64,000 bases of DNA from a virus (taxonomy: Duplodnaviria; Caudoviricetes): the IMG/VR virus record IMGVR_UViG_2788500220_000013, positions 44,872 to 108,871 of that record; one strand, given 5' to 3'. Shown here piece by piece: positions 8,998 through 18,230 of the stretch. The translations under genes and the position numbers were made by a program. Positions within the stretch are counted from its first letter, which is position 1. Every line of letters starts with the position of its first letter. A model generated the notes under the pieces. The model was not told the origin of the DNA and made no database searches. It was given only the letters and a program-made list of their open reading frames with translations.

Positions 8998-11089
8998 TGT
9001 TCTTAGAATTTCCTTCTTCTAAATCAATTTCTAATTCGATGTCATCATCCACCATGCCTGTTTCAGCAAGGAGACCCTTCTTAGGAATACTTATTGCGCT
9101 ACCAAGCTTACTTAACGTAGATTCAATCTCTTTAGTCATCTTAGCATGTTGAACTATCTTAGTATCCAAAAATTCATCCAATGCTGGATTGTATATCAAG
9201 TCTTCAGCATTTTCTCTAAATGGATTTCTCGTTACGGAACCCTTATCATACGGGTCATTCATTGAATCTTGAGTTCTTGCAGGTTTCCCTACAGAAGTCA
9301 TCTTAACAAAATCTGGCATATGCGTTGAGCGGGGCCCCGAAGTAACCTTTCGTTTCTTTTTGATGGGTTGATTAAAGACATTCCTAATTTGCTTTTGAGC
9401 TTTAGCTGGTGAATCTTCATCATCTATCGACAATCTAACTATGCTGTCTTCATCTTCATCGTCATCGTCGTCATCGTCATCAGAATTTAACGATGGTGTT
9501 AATGAAGTTAATAAGTCACCGGGGCTTAAATCAGATGCAAATATGTCTCCGCCCTCTTCGCCACCCTCGTCGCCGGCGGCGTCGCCGCCTTCATCATCTC
9601 CAAAAAGACCACCGCCGGCATCACCGCCGGCATCACCGCCACCGGCATCAGGCATAGGGCCGGGGAGTTTAATAGCCTCTGATTCTGGTAATTGAGTTTG
9701 TTCAACCCTAAGATCATCAAGTTTATCATCTAACTGGTCATCACGAATTTTTTGGATCTCTTCTGCTCGAAGGCCAATGACGTTTTTCCGAACCCATTCC
9801 CTTGATAAAACGCCTTCAGGCGCCTGGCCAGCTATTTCAAACTTTCTAGCAATTAGCTCTAACTTTTGCTGTTGGGCAACTGATGAAGGATTCGACAGCT
9901 TTAACTCAAAGTCAATTAGGTCTTCACCCTCATAACCATGTGAATATAAATGTATCATTGCCAATTTATTTAATTCAGCAAGTATTGTTTTCTGAATCCT
10001 TTGGATAGTCCTAGAAAATCGTATATCTTCCTGGGCCAACGTAGCCTTTGATCCAACATCTTCATCGTAGCCAAGATATGCACGGGGGATTTTTAATGCA
10101 GCAAAAAGCTTCTTCTGGATATATTCAACATCTTCAATTGCAGCAGTATTTGTTCCGCCGGCCAGCGTCTCAATTTTTGTACCGGATTCACCCCCGCGTA
10201 CGGGAAGAAAATAATCCTCATCGACGCTAAGCGGATTATAACGTAGATCTACCTGTCCGGTCGTTTTATCAACAATCGCATTTCTTTTAAGCGATGACTG
10301 GGCTTGTTCAAGATAATTTGCAACATTTTCAGGCGGGACGTTACCAACATCAATATAAAATACTCGTCTTTCAGGCGCACGAATGACACGATATACAAGC
10401 ATTGCATCCTCAATAAGGATTAACTGGCGCCAGATACGGCGCGCTGCTTCTAATACTGAGGATCCGTATGGTAAAAATGCATCATTTCCCAGCAGCCTAA
10501 AATGTGTAACCTGCCAGTTCTCTAATACCTGATTCCCTTGTGTAATCCACCTAAAACGAACAGCTGCCGGATCATTTGGGTCAAAGCCTTCCTCACGTTC
10601 AATCTCTGATATGGGTATTGGAAACGCATTTAAAACACCAAACTCAGGTGAAACATCATTGAATAAGAAAAAATCACCGTATTTACATAAGTTCCTTACC
10701 CATAATACCAGATTAAAATCTATATTAAGAGTATCATAAAAAACGGTCTCAAGTAATTCCTGTATTTTTCTATTTTCTGAGTAAATGTGGAGCATGTGCC
10801 CCTTCTCATCTGTTGAGACAGTCTCCTCAGAGTATATATCTAATGCAGATGCTATCTCAGGAGTTGATTCCATCTCGCTAAAATCGCTATACCTGGACAT
10901 TCTATCAAATGCACCGTATGCGCTTAGAGTGCTATTATAAACATCACTGTGAGCACGTTTAAACATCTCCATAGCAGATGATGCAGGCTTAGATGTAGAA
11001 ACGTCGCGGACCCTTCTTTTAACAATCGGACCAGATCGAAATAGTCTGGTTAATCTTTGAAACAAGTTTGGATTTTTCTTTGAAGCCAT
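8981..11089 (-). CDS. gp20: Portal vertex protein, T4 gp20-like, with a long acidic C-terminal extension
   Basis: 'PEIASALDIYSEE', 'QLILIEDAMLVYRVIRAPERRVFYIDVGNVP', 'EDYFLPVRG', 'IETLAGG', 'IEDVEYIQKKLFAALKIP'. Confidence 0.96.
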   Translation of the reverse strand: MASKKNPNLFQRLTRLFRSGPIVKRRVRDVSTSKPASSAMEMFKRAHSDVYNSTLSAYGAFDRMSRYSDFSEMESTPEIASALDIYSEETVSTDEKGHMLHIYSENRKIQELLETVFYDTLNIDFNLVLWVRNLCKYGDFFLFNDVSPEFGVLNAFPIPISEIEREEGFDPNDPAAVRFRWITQGNQVLENWQVTHFRLLGNDAFLPYGSSVLEAARRIWRQLILIEDAMLVYRVIRAPERRVFYIDVGNVPPENVANYLEQAQSSLKRNAIVDKTTGQVDLRYNPLSVDEDYFLPVRGGESGTKIETLAGGTNTAAIEDVEYIQKKLFAALKIPRAYLGYDEDVGSKATLAQEDIRFSRTIQRIQKTILAELNKLAMIHLYSHGYEGEDLIDFELKLSNPSSVAQQQKLELIARKFEIAGQAPEGVLSREWVRKNVIGLRAEEIQKIRDDQLDDKLDDLRVEQTQLPESEAIKLPGPMPDAGGGDAGGDAGGGLFGDDEGGDAAGDEGGEEGGDIFASDLSPGDLLTSLTPSLNSDDDDDDDDEDEDSIVRLSIDDEDSPAKAQKQIRNVFNQPIKKKRKVTSGPRSTHMPDFVKMTSVGKPARTQDSMNDPYDKGSVTRNPFRENAEDLIYNPALDEFLDTKIVQHAKMTKEIESTLSKLGSAISIPKKGLLAETGMVDDDIELEIDLEEGNSKNNGKST
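9611..9650. repeat. Short 12-bp coding tandem repeat (DAGG units) in the portal tail
   Basis: accgccggcatc repeats encode DAGGGDAGGDAGGG. Confidence 0.7.
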
Positions 11090-11142
11090 GTCGTTCCCTA
11101 TTCTCTTCTACCCAAATATACTAGTTTTTGTAAAAGAATAAA

Positions 11143-12732
11143 TTATTTCAATAACCATGACATATCACCTAATGGACCATCAGAGCCTGAAACTGGTGCA
11201 CTTCCAATGCTAATTGGTTTAAATGGGTTTTGGTTCATGTTATTCCATGAACTAAATACCGATTTATCTGTAGAGTTACTATTTACAGCAAATGCCTGAA
11301 GCATTGCAGCGTTAATATCAACAGTGTGTTTATTGTATTCAGGTTTTGTATCATACAACCAAACACCTATAGCTAATGCTATTACTAAGTCATCATTTGC
11401 TCCTCTTTGAGCCTGAGCTTTGTTTCCTTTCCATATAAACGTCTTAAGTTCATCGTATAAACGAGAGGAATACGCATTAACTTGCCTATTTCTTAAAACC
11501 TCTTCAAGCTTTGTTAAGATCTGTACCCTTGACACACCTGATGTCGTGAAGCCGGCCTTGGAGATATTTCCTTCTCCATACATCGCAGCAAATTTATCTT
11601 TTTGATTTTTATAATAAAGATTTGGATACCCAAGCTCCTGTAGTTTCATAATAACTGCATAACCATATGAATTATTTTCTGGACATATAACTGCCTTGTT
11701 ATACCTCATCCCTGCTTCATTTAAAAGTGTAGCAAATTGATCAGGAGGTATTTTCCCTTTATATTCTGCAACTATCTCAGATTCGTTAGTATCTATAACA
11801 TGAAATGTAGAATAATCAGCTGCATCTCCTCTAGAAACATCTGCTGAAATAATATATTTGTGTTCTGTCAATGCATATTTCCAGACCCATACCCCCATGT
11901 CGGGGCCCCATTTTTCTAACGGGTTTTTTATACGGGTACGTATATATTCAATATCTTCAGCTGATAAAAATGTGTCTCCGGAGGCTGCAAAGTCACACAA
12001 CAACTCTTGCGCAATTTGTTTATTTGTTAAATTTTTACATTCGTCCTCAAACCACTCATCGCTTCTTTCTGGGTGTACATCCCATGGTAGCTTCGTAGGA
12101 TGAAACTCATTTTCCCCACTTGCTGCCTTCATATAGAGATCATAGTACTGACCACCTACGCCGTTAGGGGTCGACAAGACAATGGCACGGCCGCCCGTTG
12201 ACAGGGTAGGATATAACCCCATCCATAACTCATCAAAGTTTCTTACAAATGCGGCCTCATCGACGATTAGCAAAGACAATGCCTCTGATCTACCTGCATC
12301 ATCAGATGTTGGTACTGCCTTTATTTGAGATCCATTTGAAAACTCAATTGACTGCTTATTATTTGAAACTATCTCTGATAGCATCATCCATGGTGGTAGA
12401 CTCTTAATACCTACCTTTACCTTTTTAATAAAGTTCATTGCCACAGAAAGCTTTGTGGCAATTACTAATATGTTCTTATCTTTATAAAAAAGAGCTAACC
12501 ATGTAGCATATGCAGCAGACAATGTAGAAATACCCAGCTGCCTAGACTTCAAAATAACATTAAACCGGTTATCAACAAAGCTTTTAACACAATCATCTTG
12601 AAAATCATATGTATTAAAAGGAATTAGTCCTCTAGTGGGATGTTGAATCTTCATATATTTATTGAAAAAATATACGGGATCTTTTCCACACCGAACAATT
12701 TCTTTTACTTGTCTTTGTTTATTAACTGGCAC
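11143..12732 (-). CDS. terL: Terminase large subunit, T4 gp17-like
   Basis: 'ILKSRQLGIST' Walker A, 'LLIVDEAAF' Walker B, 'STPNG' motif III, nuclease 'ADVSRGDAADYS' and 'NDDLVIA'. GTG start. Confidence 0.96.
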   Translation of the reverse strand: MPVNKQRQVKEIVRCGKDPVYFFNKYMKIQHPTRGLIPFNTYDFQDDCVKSFVDNRFNVILKSRQLGISTLSAAYATWLALFYKDKNILVIATKLSVAMNFIKKVKVGIKSLPPWMMLSEIVSNNKQSIEFSNGSQIKAVPTSDDAGRSEALSLLIVDEAAFVRNFDELWMGLYPTLSTGGRAIVLSTPNGVGGQYYDLYMKAASGENEFHPTKLPWDVHPERSDEWFEDECKNLTNKQIAQELLCDFAASGDTFLSAEDIEYIRTRIKNPLEKWGPDMGVWVWKYALTEHKYIISADVSRGDAADYSTFHVIDTNESEIVAEYKGKIPPDQFATLLNEAGMRYNKAVICPENNSYGYAVIMKLQELGYPNLYYKNQKDKFAAMYGEGNISKAGFTTSGVSRVQILTKLEEVLRNRQVNAYSSRLYDELKTFIWKGNKAQAQRGANDDLVIALAIGVWLYDTKPEYNKHTVDINAAMLQAFAVNSNSTDKSVFSSWNNMNQNPFKPISIGSAPVSGSDGPLGDMSWLLK

Positions 12733-12747
12733 CGTTTCATCTCTATT

Positions 12748-13125
12748 TTAGTTTTGTATTTCTAGCTCAATATCGCGCCGATAATACGCAACCTTACGAG
12801 GTGAATTTACTGTTGCAGATATTAGTTCAACATTATCACGGTTTGAAAGCTCTGAAGTTTTTAATGTATTGCCAGTTCGGTCTTTAAACTGTGACTTAAC
12901 ATCGCCCACCGCATCATTCAATATTTGCATTGATTCATCAATAAGCGCCTTGACTTGCTCTCTTAAAGCGATCTCAGACGCAAAATGAACAATTGTCTGA
13001 AATCTGAATGATACGATATCATCTTTAAGTTTGCATGTTACGCTGCGGCCATTTACTTCAGCAGATTTTCCCCACGTATGATTAACAATATCACCGAGTT
13101 GATTGATTTCTGTACTATTTAACAT
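12748..13125 (-). CDS. Hypothetical protein
   Basis: 125-aa ORF with a duplicated SD upstream. Confidence 0.7.
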   Translation of the reverse strand: MLNSTEINQLGDIVNHTWGKSAEVNGRSVTCKLKDDIVSFRFQTIVHFASEIALREQVKALIDESMQILNDAVGDVKSQFKDRTGNTLKTSELSNRDNVELISATVNSPRKVAYYRRDIELEIQN

Positions 13126-13126
13126 A

Positions 13127-13164
13127 AGTTCTCCTGTGATTCCTCAGTTCTCCTGTGATTCCTC
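13127..13164. repeat. Perfect 19-bp tandem duplication containing the ribosome-binding site
   Basis: agttctcctgtgattcctc at 13127-13145 and 13146-13164 (minus strand GAGGAATCACAGGAGAACT x2). Confidence 0.9.
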
Positions 13165-13191
13165 ATCATTAGTAATTATTTACCTTTATCA

Positions 13192-13491
13192 TTATTTAAC
13201 TAGATAGGACGGTTGTAATAGTCTTTTCTCTTTTTCTTTTTCTATTTCATTGCTAGTCGGGCGCCTTCCTGCATGCCACCCGTCAATATCATATTCTACC
13301 CATTTCATAAAACAGCTAGCGCAACAACCGTATTTACTGTAAAGCGAGGCATCACTATAGTCACGCATTAAAAATCCACATATGTCACAATCTAAAGGAA
13401 CTGTCTTCATGTGCCCTTCAGGAATTATAATTTTAAATCCTGAAACGTCTTCTAGCATTTTTCTATTCTGTGTCAGTTTTTTCCAGACCAT
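13192..13491 (-). CDS. Small putative zinc-binding protein
   Basis: CDIC ... CCASC motifs; overlaps the end of the Mre11-Rad50 gene. Confidence 0.65.
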   Translation of the reverse strand: MVWKKLTQNRKMLEDVSGFKIIIPEGHMKTVPLDCDICGFLMRDYSDASLYSKYGCCASCFMKWVEYDIDGWHAGRRPTSNEIEKEKEKRLLQPSYLVK

Positions 13492-16400
13492 TACAAATTA
13501 CCTGTGCATTTTTTCCGTTAGAAGATATTTCGATAGTATTATCAACAATATCCTTGACTCCATCAACATGAGAAATTACTAAAATATTCTTAAACCACCG
13601 TTTTAAAGACTTAAGCAGCCTATTACAAGATTCAACATTCATATCATCTAATGCGCCAAATCCCTCATCAATTACCAGTAGATCAGTTTTTGGTAAAGAA
13701 GAAACATTAATAAGGGCTACTCGAATAGCTAAAGATGCCATCATTTTCTCCATCCCAGATCCGCATTCAATAATCCTACGTGAATCACCATAGTTTATGT
13801 AAATATCCATAGCATTCGACGTCGACTCAGCTTCGAGCTCCACAGTAAACCCAACAACATCCTGAAGAATTTTTGATATTTCTGCATTAATTGCAGGGAG
13901 TTGTGATGTTATAATTTGAAGTGGTATGCCTTTTTTTGAAACGGCATTCATAAATAATTCGTATGTTTTCCAGCTAGCCAATAACTCAGTGTACTTGTCC
14001 CTATCTGTCTTAAGCTTTATAATCTCATTTGATAAGCGGCCAATCAACTCACTTAAAGACATCCTCTTTGCATCAGTTGTGGTAATGTCATCAGTAAGAG
14101 AAACTATTTCACCCTTTATCTTTGTTATTTCAGCTGAAACATTGGCAGACGAAACCCTAAGCTTCATGTCATTTAAGATATTTGTATCTTTATCAATCTC
14201 AGAATCTAAAGAAGCTTCTCTAGATTGCAATCCATGAAGCTCAACCGTTTTGCTTGAAACTGTTACCTTAAGCTCTGATTCCTGCTTTAAAACATCATCA
14301 TACTTCTGTATTTTTGTACTTAAGTCTTCTAATAATAAAACGTCTAACGCTTTTTGTGCTACCTTTACCTGGCTTAATATCTCACCAGTCTTTTCTAGCT
14401 GCCCTGTTAATAATTTCTTGTTTTTATGTGATTCCTTTATAAATTTACATGTTGGAAATGAATCACCACAAGGGACTTCTTCAAGGCGCTTAATAGAATT
14501 CTTTTGTGTCTTTAATAACGTCTTTTCCCTCTCATGATCATGACGTAATTGAATTAGTGATCGCTCAAGACCAAGCTGCGCTGCTAATCTCTCTTTAAGA
14601 TCATCAATCGGAAAGACATTTCTAATATTTTCAATTTTTACTAATTTTTCGTTTAATATAGTAATTTCATCATTAAGGGCAGATATCCTTGATCTTGCTT
14701 GTAGTAATTCATTATTAGCAGCATCAATTTTTTTCTGCTGAATAGTAACATCATCCGGTGTTACGATATCTTTATCTTTGTGAGTAGCCAAAGAAATCTT
14801 AAGACCTTGAAGCTTTTTCCTTAGCTTGGTTAATTCTGCATCAACTAAGTCGCGATCTTTTGCTTTTGCATCATGTTCAATTTGTGCTTCTAGAATCTTT
14901 GTTTCATATTCAATATTTGGGACTGATTTTAATAAAGCCTTAACGGTCGCAGATTCATCCTTAACTAGGTCTAACATATTCTCAAATATGTTTAGATCTA
15001 AAAAGTTTGTTAGTATTGACTTTCGCTGAGTTGCCTTGTGTTTTATAAATGCATTCATTTCACCCTGGCTGGCTAGTGACGTTAATAGAAAGTCATCGCT
15101 AGTACCAATAAGGCTACGTAGAACCTTCTCAGTCTCGCGGCGTTGCTCTTCTGTCATATCAATTGCTAAGCCATCGTCAATTTTATGCAAATTTAAGTGT
15201 GTCACAGCATGAAGCTTTCCAGCCCTAGTTTCATGCTTAACAGATTGACGTTCAACACGAAAGTTCTTACCAGAAATTGCGATATCAATCCCCGCCTTAC
15301 AGAACCCCTTTCGTGAATTAATAATATGTAAATTTTTAATTGAACCCCTATCTGTTGTATTAAAAAGGCCATACATTATAGCGCCAGGGATTGATGATTT
15401 ACCTATCCTGTTAGGGCCAAATAGGCCTGTGATTCCCCCTAAATTCTCAAAATCAATTACATTACCTTTACCATAGGAAAATATATTATCAAACTCTAAA
15501 CGCCTAATAGACCACTTAATGTTTCTAGCAGCATCATTATGCGCTAGCTGATTTACGGTGGTTGTAGTTAGTTCCTCTAACTTATCCCACTCATCATCTG
15601 TTAAGTCTAAATCAGAATAATACTCTCTCATTAACTTACAATGTGTCTTAGAGTCTCGTAGATCATCCTTAAAAAATGACGTTCCATTTGACTTAATAAT
15701 TGTAACATCAGAGTCATACTCATTCTTATATACAACTTCAGTTGCATCCTTAAACTCTTTTAAAGCAGAATGTAATTGTTTTATCTCTGGTTGTGATATC
15801 GGTGAGTTCGTTCTAATTCTAAATCTAGAACCATCTGGATATGTCTCTGCAAAGTCTAATGTTGACTGAACATCTTCACTCCAGTCAATCGTCACAAATG
15901 GTTGATCATGGGGAATTTCATAAAACGTACTAGTGAAATTGTCTTTATCTTCAATTTCCCAAAACAAAAATCCCTTACCGGGTGTTTCCCCATAATTCTG
16001 CTGGATCGATGAACCACAATATGCCACACGCTTATCATCGTCCAAATATTGTACCTTATGAATATCACCAAGCATAGTAAAGTCATAATTCTTAAAGAAA
16101 TCTACATCTACTTCGCCCTCGATATTCCAATTGATGTCTGTCTTTGAGCCCCTAACACCTCCATGGAATAATGCAATATTAATTTCGTTAGGAGTAGGCT
16201 TAACATTCGGCCAGTTTTCTTCATCAAAACATGAAAATACTGACCAATTAAATCCCGGGATGCCAATCGGGTACGTACCAGAATTTTTGTATAAATGAAT
16301 ATTCGGATTATTTAATGCTGAAAGAATCGGGCTGATTGCATCTTGTCTATGCTTGTTTAAAATTAGGCCATCATGGTTCCCTAGAATGACATGTGTGGGG

Positions 16401-16621
16401 GCAATATCTGCTAGTGATGTAAACCACCAATTTAATATATCAATTAACTCAGGTGATATCCCCTGTGTCTTCGAGTGAACAATGTCACCACCGACGTAAA
16501 TAACATCCGGGTCAAGATCTTTTGCAATCTCAAAAAATTTCTCAAAAGACCTACGATATTCATCATGACGACTTAAGCCACGGAAATGAATATCCGAAAT
16601 GTGTATACACTTTAAACTCAT
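13463..16621 (-). CDS. Fused Mre11/SbcD nuclease - Rad50/SbcC ATPase (gp47-gp46-like)
   Basis: N-terminal metallophosphoesterase motifs (SDIH, GGDIVH, GNHD, FHG, LGDIH). Then Walker A GPNRIGKS, Q-loop SQG, a long coiled coil, signature GSGMEK, Walker B/D-loop LLVIDEGFGALD and H-loop VISH. Confidence 0.93.
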   Translation of the reverse strand: MSLKCIHISDIHFRGLSRHDEYRRSFEKFFEIAKDLDPDVIYVGGDIVHSKTQGISPELIDILNWWFTSLADIAPTHVILGNHDGLILNKHRQDAISPILSALNNPNIHLYKNSGTYPIGIPGFNWSVFSCFDEENWPNVKPTPNEINIALFHGGVRGSKTDINWNIEGEVDVDFFKNYDFTMLGDIHKVQYLDDDKRVAYCGSSIQQNYGETPGKGFLFWEIEDKDNFTSTFYEIPHDQPFVTIDWSEDVQSTLDFAETYPDGSRFRIRTNSPISQPEIKQLHSALKEFKDATEVVYKNEYDSDVTIIKSNGTSFFKDDLRDSKTHCKLMREYYSDLDLTDDEWDKLEELTTTTVNQLAHNDAARNIKWSIRRLEFDNIFSYGKGNVIDFENLGGITGLFGPNRIGKSSIPGAIMYGLFNTTDRGSIKNLHIINSRKGFCKAGIDIAISGKNFRVERQSVKHETRAGKLHAVTHLNLHKIDDGLAIDMTEEQRRETEKVLRSLIGTSDDFLLTSLASQGEMNAFIKHKATQRKSILTNFLDLNIFENMLDLVKDESATVKALLKSVPNIEYETKILEAQIEHDAKAKDRDLVDAELTKLRKKLQGLKISLATHKDKDIVTPDDVTIQQKKIDAANNELLQARSRISALNDEITILNEKLVKIENIRNVFPIDDLKERLAAQLGLERSLIQLRHDHEREKTLLKTQKNSIKRLEEVPCGDSFPTCKFIKESHKNKKLLTGQLEKTGEILSQVKVAQKALDVLLLEDLSTKIQKYDDVLKQESELKVTVSSKTVELHGLQSREASLDSEIDKDTNILNDMKLRVSSANVSAEITKIKGEIVSLTDDITTTDAKRMSLSELIGRLSNEIIKLKTDRDKYTELLASWKTYELFMNAVSKKGIPLQIITSQLPAINAEISKILQDVVGFTVELEAESTSNAMDIYINYGDSRRIIECGSGMEKMMASLAIRVALINVSSLPKTDLLVIDEGFGALDDMNVESCNRLLKSLKRWFKNILVISHVDGVKDIVDNTIEISSNGKNAQVICNGLEKTDTE

Positions 16622-16638
16622 AAACTATCCTACAGGAT

Positions 16639-17610
16639 CTACAAAATTGATCCACTTTTTACCGTATCAAATAGATTATATAGTCTATCATCCGGCTGCC
16701 ACTCTTTTGCCTTTTGCAATGCACATGCAAAATCCAATTTTGACATTTCCCCAACATCAGAAAACTGCCCTAAATCCAACATCCGAATTCGGATACCGTA
16801 AGATGATAATTTACGTGCATATTCCTGCGTCTTCAATTTAACATCCGGATCCAGTGCCATCAGCACAGGAGTTGAATTTTTAATAATTTGTTGAAATAAC
16901 TTATAGTCTTCTGAGAAGTGTGAACCCAACAGACACGTCGCATTATCATTACATTTTGTTAGATCAAAGGGCCCTTCTACCAAAGTTAACTCAGAAGACC
17001 AGTCGATATTAATTTCGTTAAAAATAACATCTTTCTTTGGTACTTTTGCATTTAAGTACTTCATTTTTGAATCATCATCGATCGTTCTTGCAACAAAGTA
17101 ATTTAGATCCCCATCAGCATTAAAAGATGGCATTATAGCGCGGCGGCGGTACCTGCCCCTAGTGCAGGTTCCGAACCTAAAATACCATAAGTCTTTTGAT
17201 GTGAGGCCCCTATTTGACAAGTATCTAATTGTGCTCCGAACGTCGGGGTCCTTGCTCGATAGACTAGCTGCTAAAAGTACAAAATTCTCTGGAACTGATA
17301 CTAGAATTTCTTCTTCGACAATATCAATCGGTTTAAATGACTTTTTAGAAAACCTTGTTAAGTACTCAGATAAATGTCTAGGAAAATGTCTTTTTAAAAG
17401 ATATGATAAGTTTCTACCTTTAAGGTCACATACCCAACAATGATATTGATCAGTATCAACTCGGATAATCAATTTTTTCTTAGATGAATTACCATATGTG
17501 CTACATTTTGGATTTGGGCAACAAACAGACACGTTTATGCCATCATTGCCAAGCACACATGTACCAAAAACCCTACTCAAAAATGATATTTTATCGCTCG
17601 TTAAAGACAT
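16639..17610 (-). CDS. Small DnaG/gp61-like primase (Zn ribbon + TOPRIM)
   Basis: CCPNPKC...HCWVC zinc ribbon; 'YFVARTI', 'KYLN'; TOPRIM 'LVEGPFD', 'ALDPD', 'DVGEM'. Confidence 0.85.
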   Translation of the reverse strand: MSLTSDKISFLSRVFGTCVLGNDGINVSVCCPNPKCSTYGNSSKKKLIIRVDTDQYHCWVCDLKGRNLSYLLKRHFPRHLSEYLTRFSKKSFKPIDIVEEEILVSVPENFVLLAASLSSKDPDVRSTIRYLSNRGLTSKDLWYFRFGTCTRGRYRRRAIMPSFNADGDLNYFVARTIDDDSKMKYLNAKVPKKDVIFNEINIDWSSELTLVEGPFDLTKCNDNATCLLGSHFSEDYKLFQQIIKNSTPVLMALDPDVKLKTQEYARKLSSYGIRIRMLDLGQFSDVGEMSKLDFACALQKAKEWQPDDRLYNLFDTVKSGSIL

Positions 17611-17619
17611 CTTACCTAT

Positions 17620-17647
17620 AATATACCCACTAATGGATAAGTGTTCA
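17620..17647 (-). promoter_or_regulatory. Putative early/middle promoter TGAACA-N16-TATATT
   Basis: Same -35 hexamer and 16-nt spacer as at 58650-58677 and 60682-60709; the -10 ends 9 nt before the primase ATG. Confidence 0.6.
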
Positions 17648-17678
17648 TTTCAGATTATCCTAGCCCATTCGAACTAAA

Positions 17679-18230
17679 CTAATCTTTTGTTAGATAACCT
17701 GCTTGAGCAATTACATATGCATCTGCGGCATCGTAGCATCCTGGTTCTAAAATTGTTTGATTCTTTCTAGGCCCTGATTTTAGTGTCTTGGTCGGCCAGT
17801 TGAAGGCTACCCGTTCAGAAACCCATGTATGTACCTGTTCCTTTGTAGGAGCCCCACCCTTAGACTTGCGGACAATCTTTAGGCCAACTAGCTTCCTTGC
17901 CGCGTTGACATTAATATATTCTGGTTCAAAATCAAATTGTTGTTGTACTAAATAACCCACTATCCCATTAAACCTGGCCAATGTTAGCAGGGTCTTTGCA
18001 GAAGATAAACCAGGTCGAAATGCTTGAAGGTTCTCCTCAATATAGGTTTTAGTTATATTATACGGCGCGGCTATAATAGACAGATGTTCTGATGCTTCTT
18101 GTGCCTTCTTAAAGAGGCCTATATGTTTAGACAGTGGTATATACCCCATCGCAACTAGTTGGCCCTTAGGGCCTAATACACACCACCCAATACATGATGT
18201 TGATATATCAAGGCCTAAAATATTATCCAC
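17679..18230 (-). CDS. RuvC-like (RNase H fold) Holliday junction resolvase
   Basis: 'ILGLDISTSCIGW', 'YIEE', 'DAADA' catalytic pattern. GTG start overlaps the upstream TAG. Confidence 0.82.
   Translation of the reverse strand: MDNILGLDISTSCIGWCVLGPKGQLVAMGYIPLSKHIGLFKKAQEASEHLSIIAAPYNITKTYIEENLQAFRPGLSSAKTLLTLARFNGIVGYLVQQQFDFEPEYINVNAARKLVGLKIVRKSKGGAPTKEQVHTWVSERVAFNWPTKTLKSGPRKNQTILEPGCYDAADAYVIAQAGYLTKD

Noticed and set aside
8981-12732. Inteins or introns in portal or terminase
   Set aside because: Conserved motifs are contiguous, with no splice-junction or homing-endonuclease signatures.
17679-18230. TnpB/Cas12 or transposase (RuvC fold)
   Set aside because: Only 183 aa, with no zinc finger, terminal repeats or adjacent guide-RNA-sized gap.
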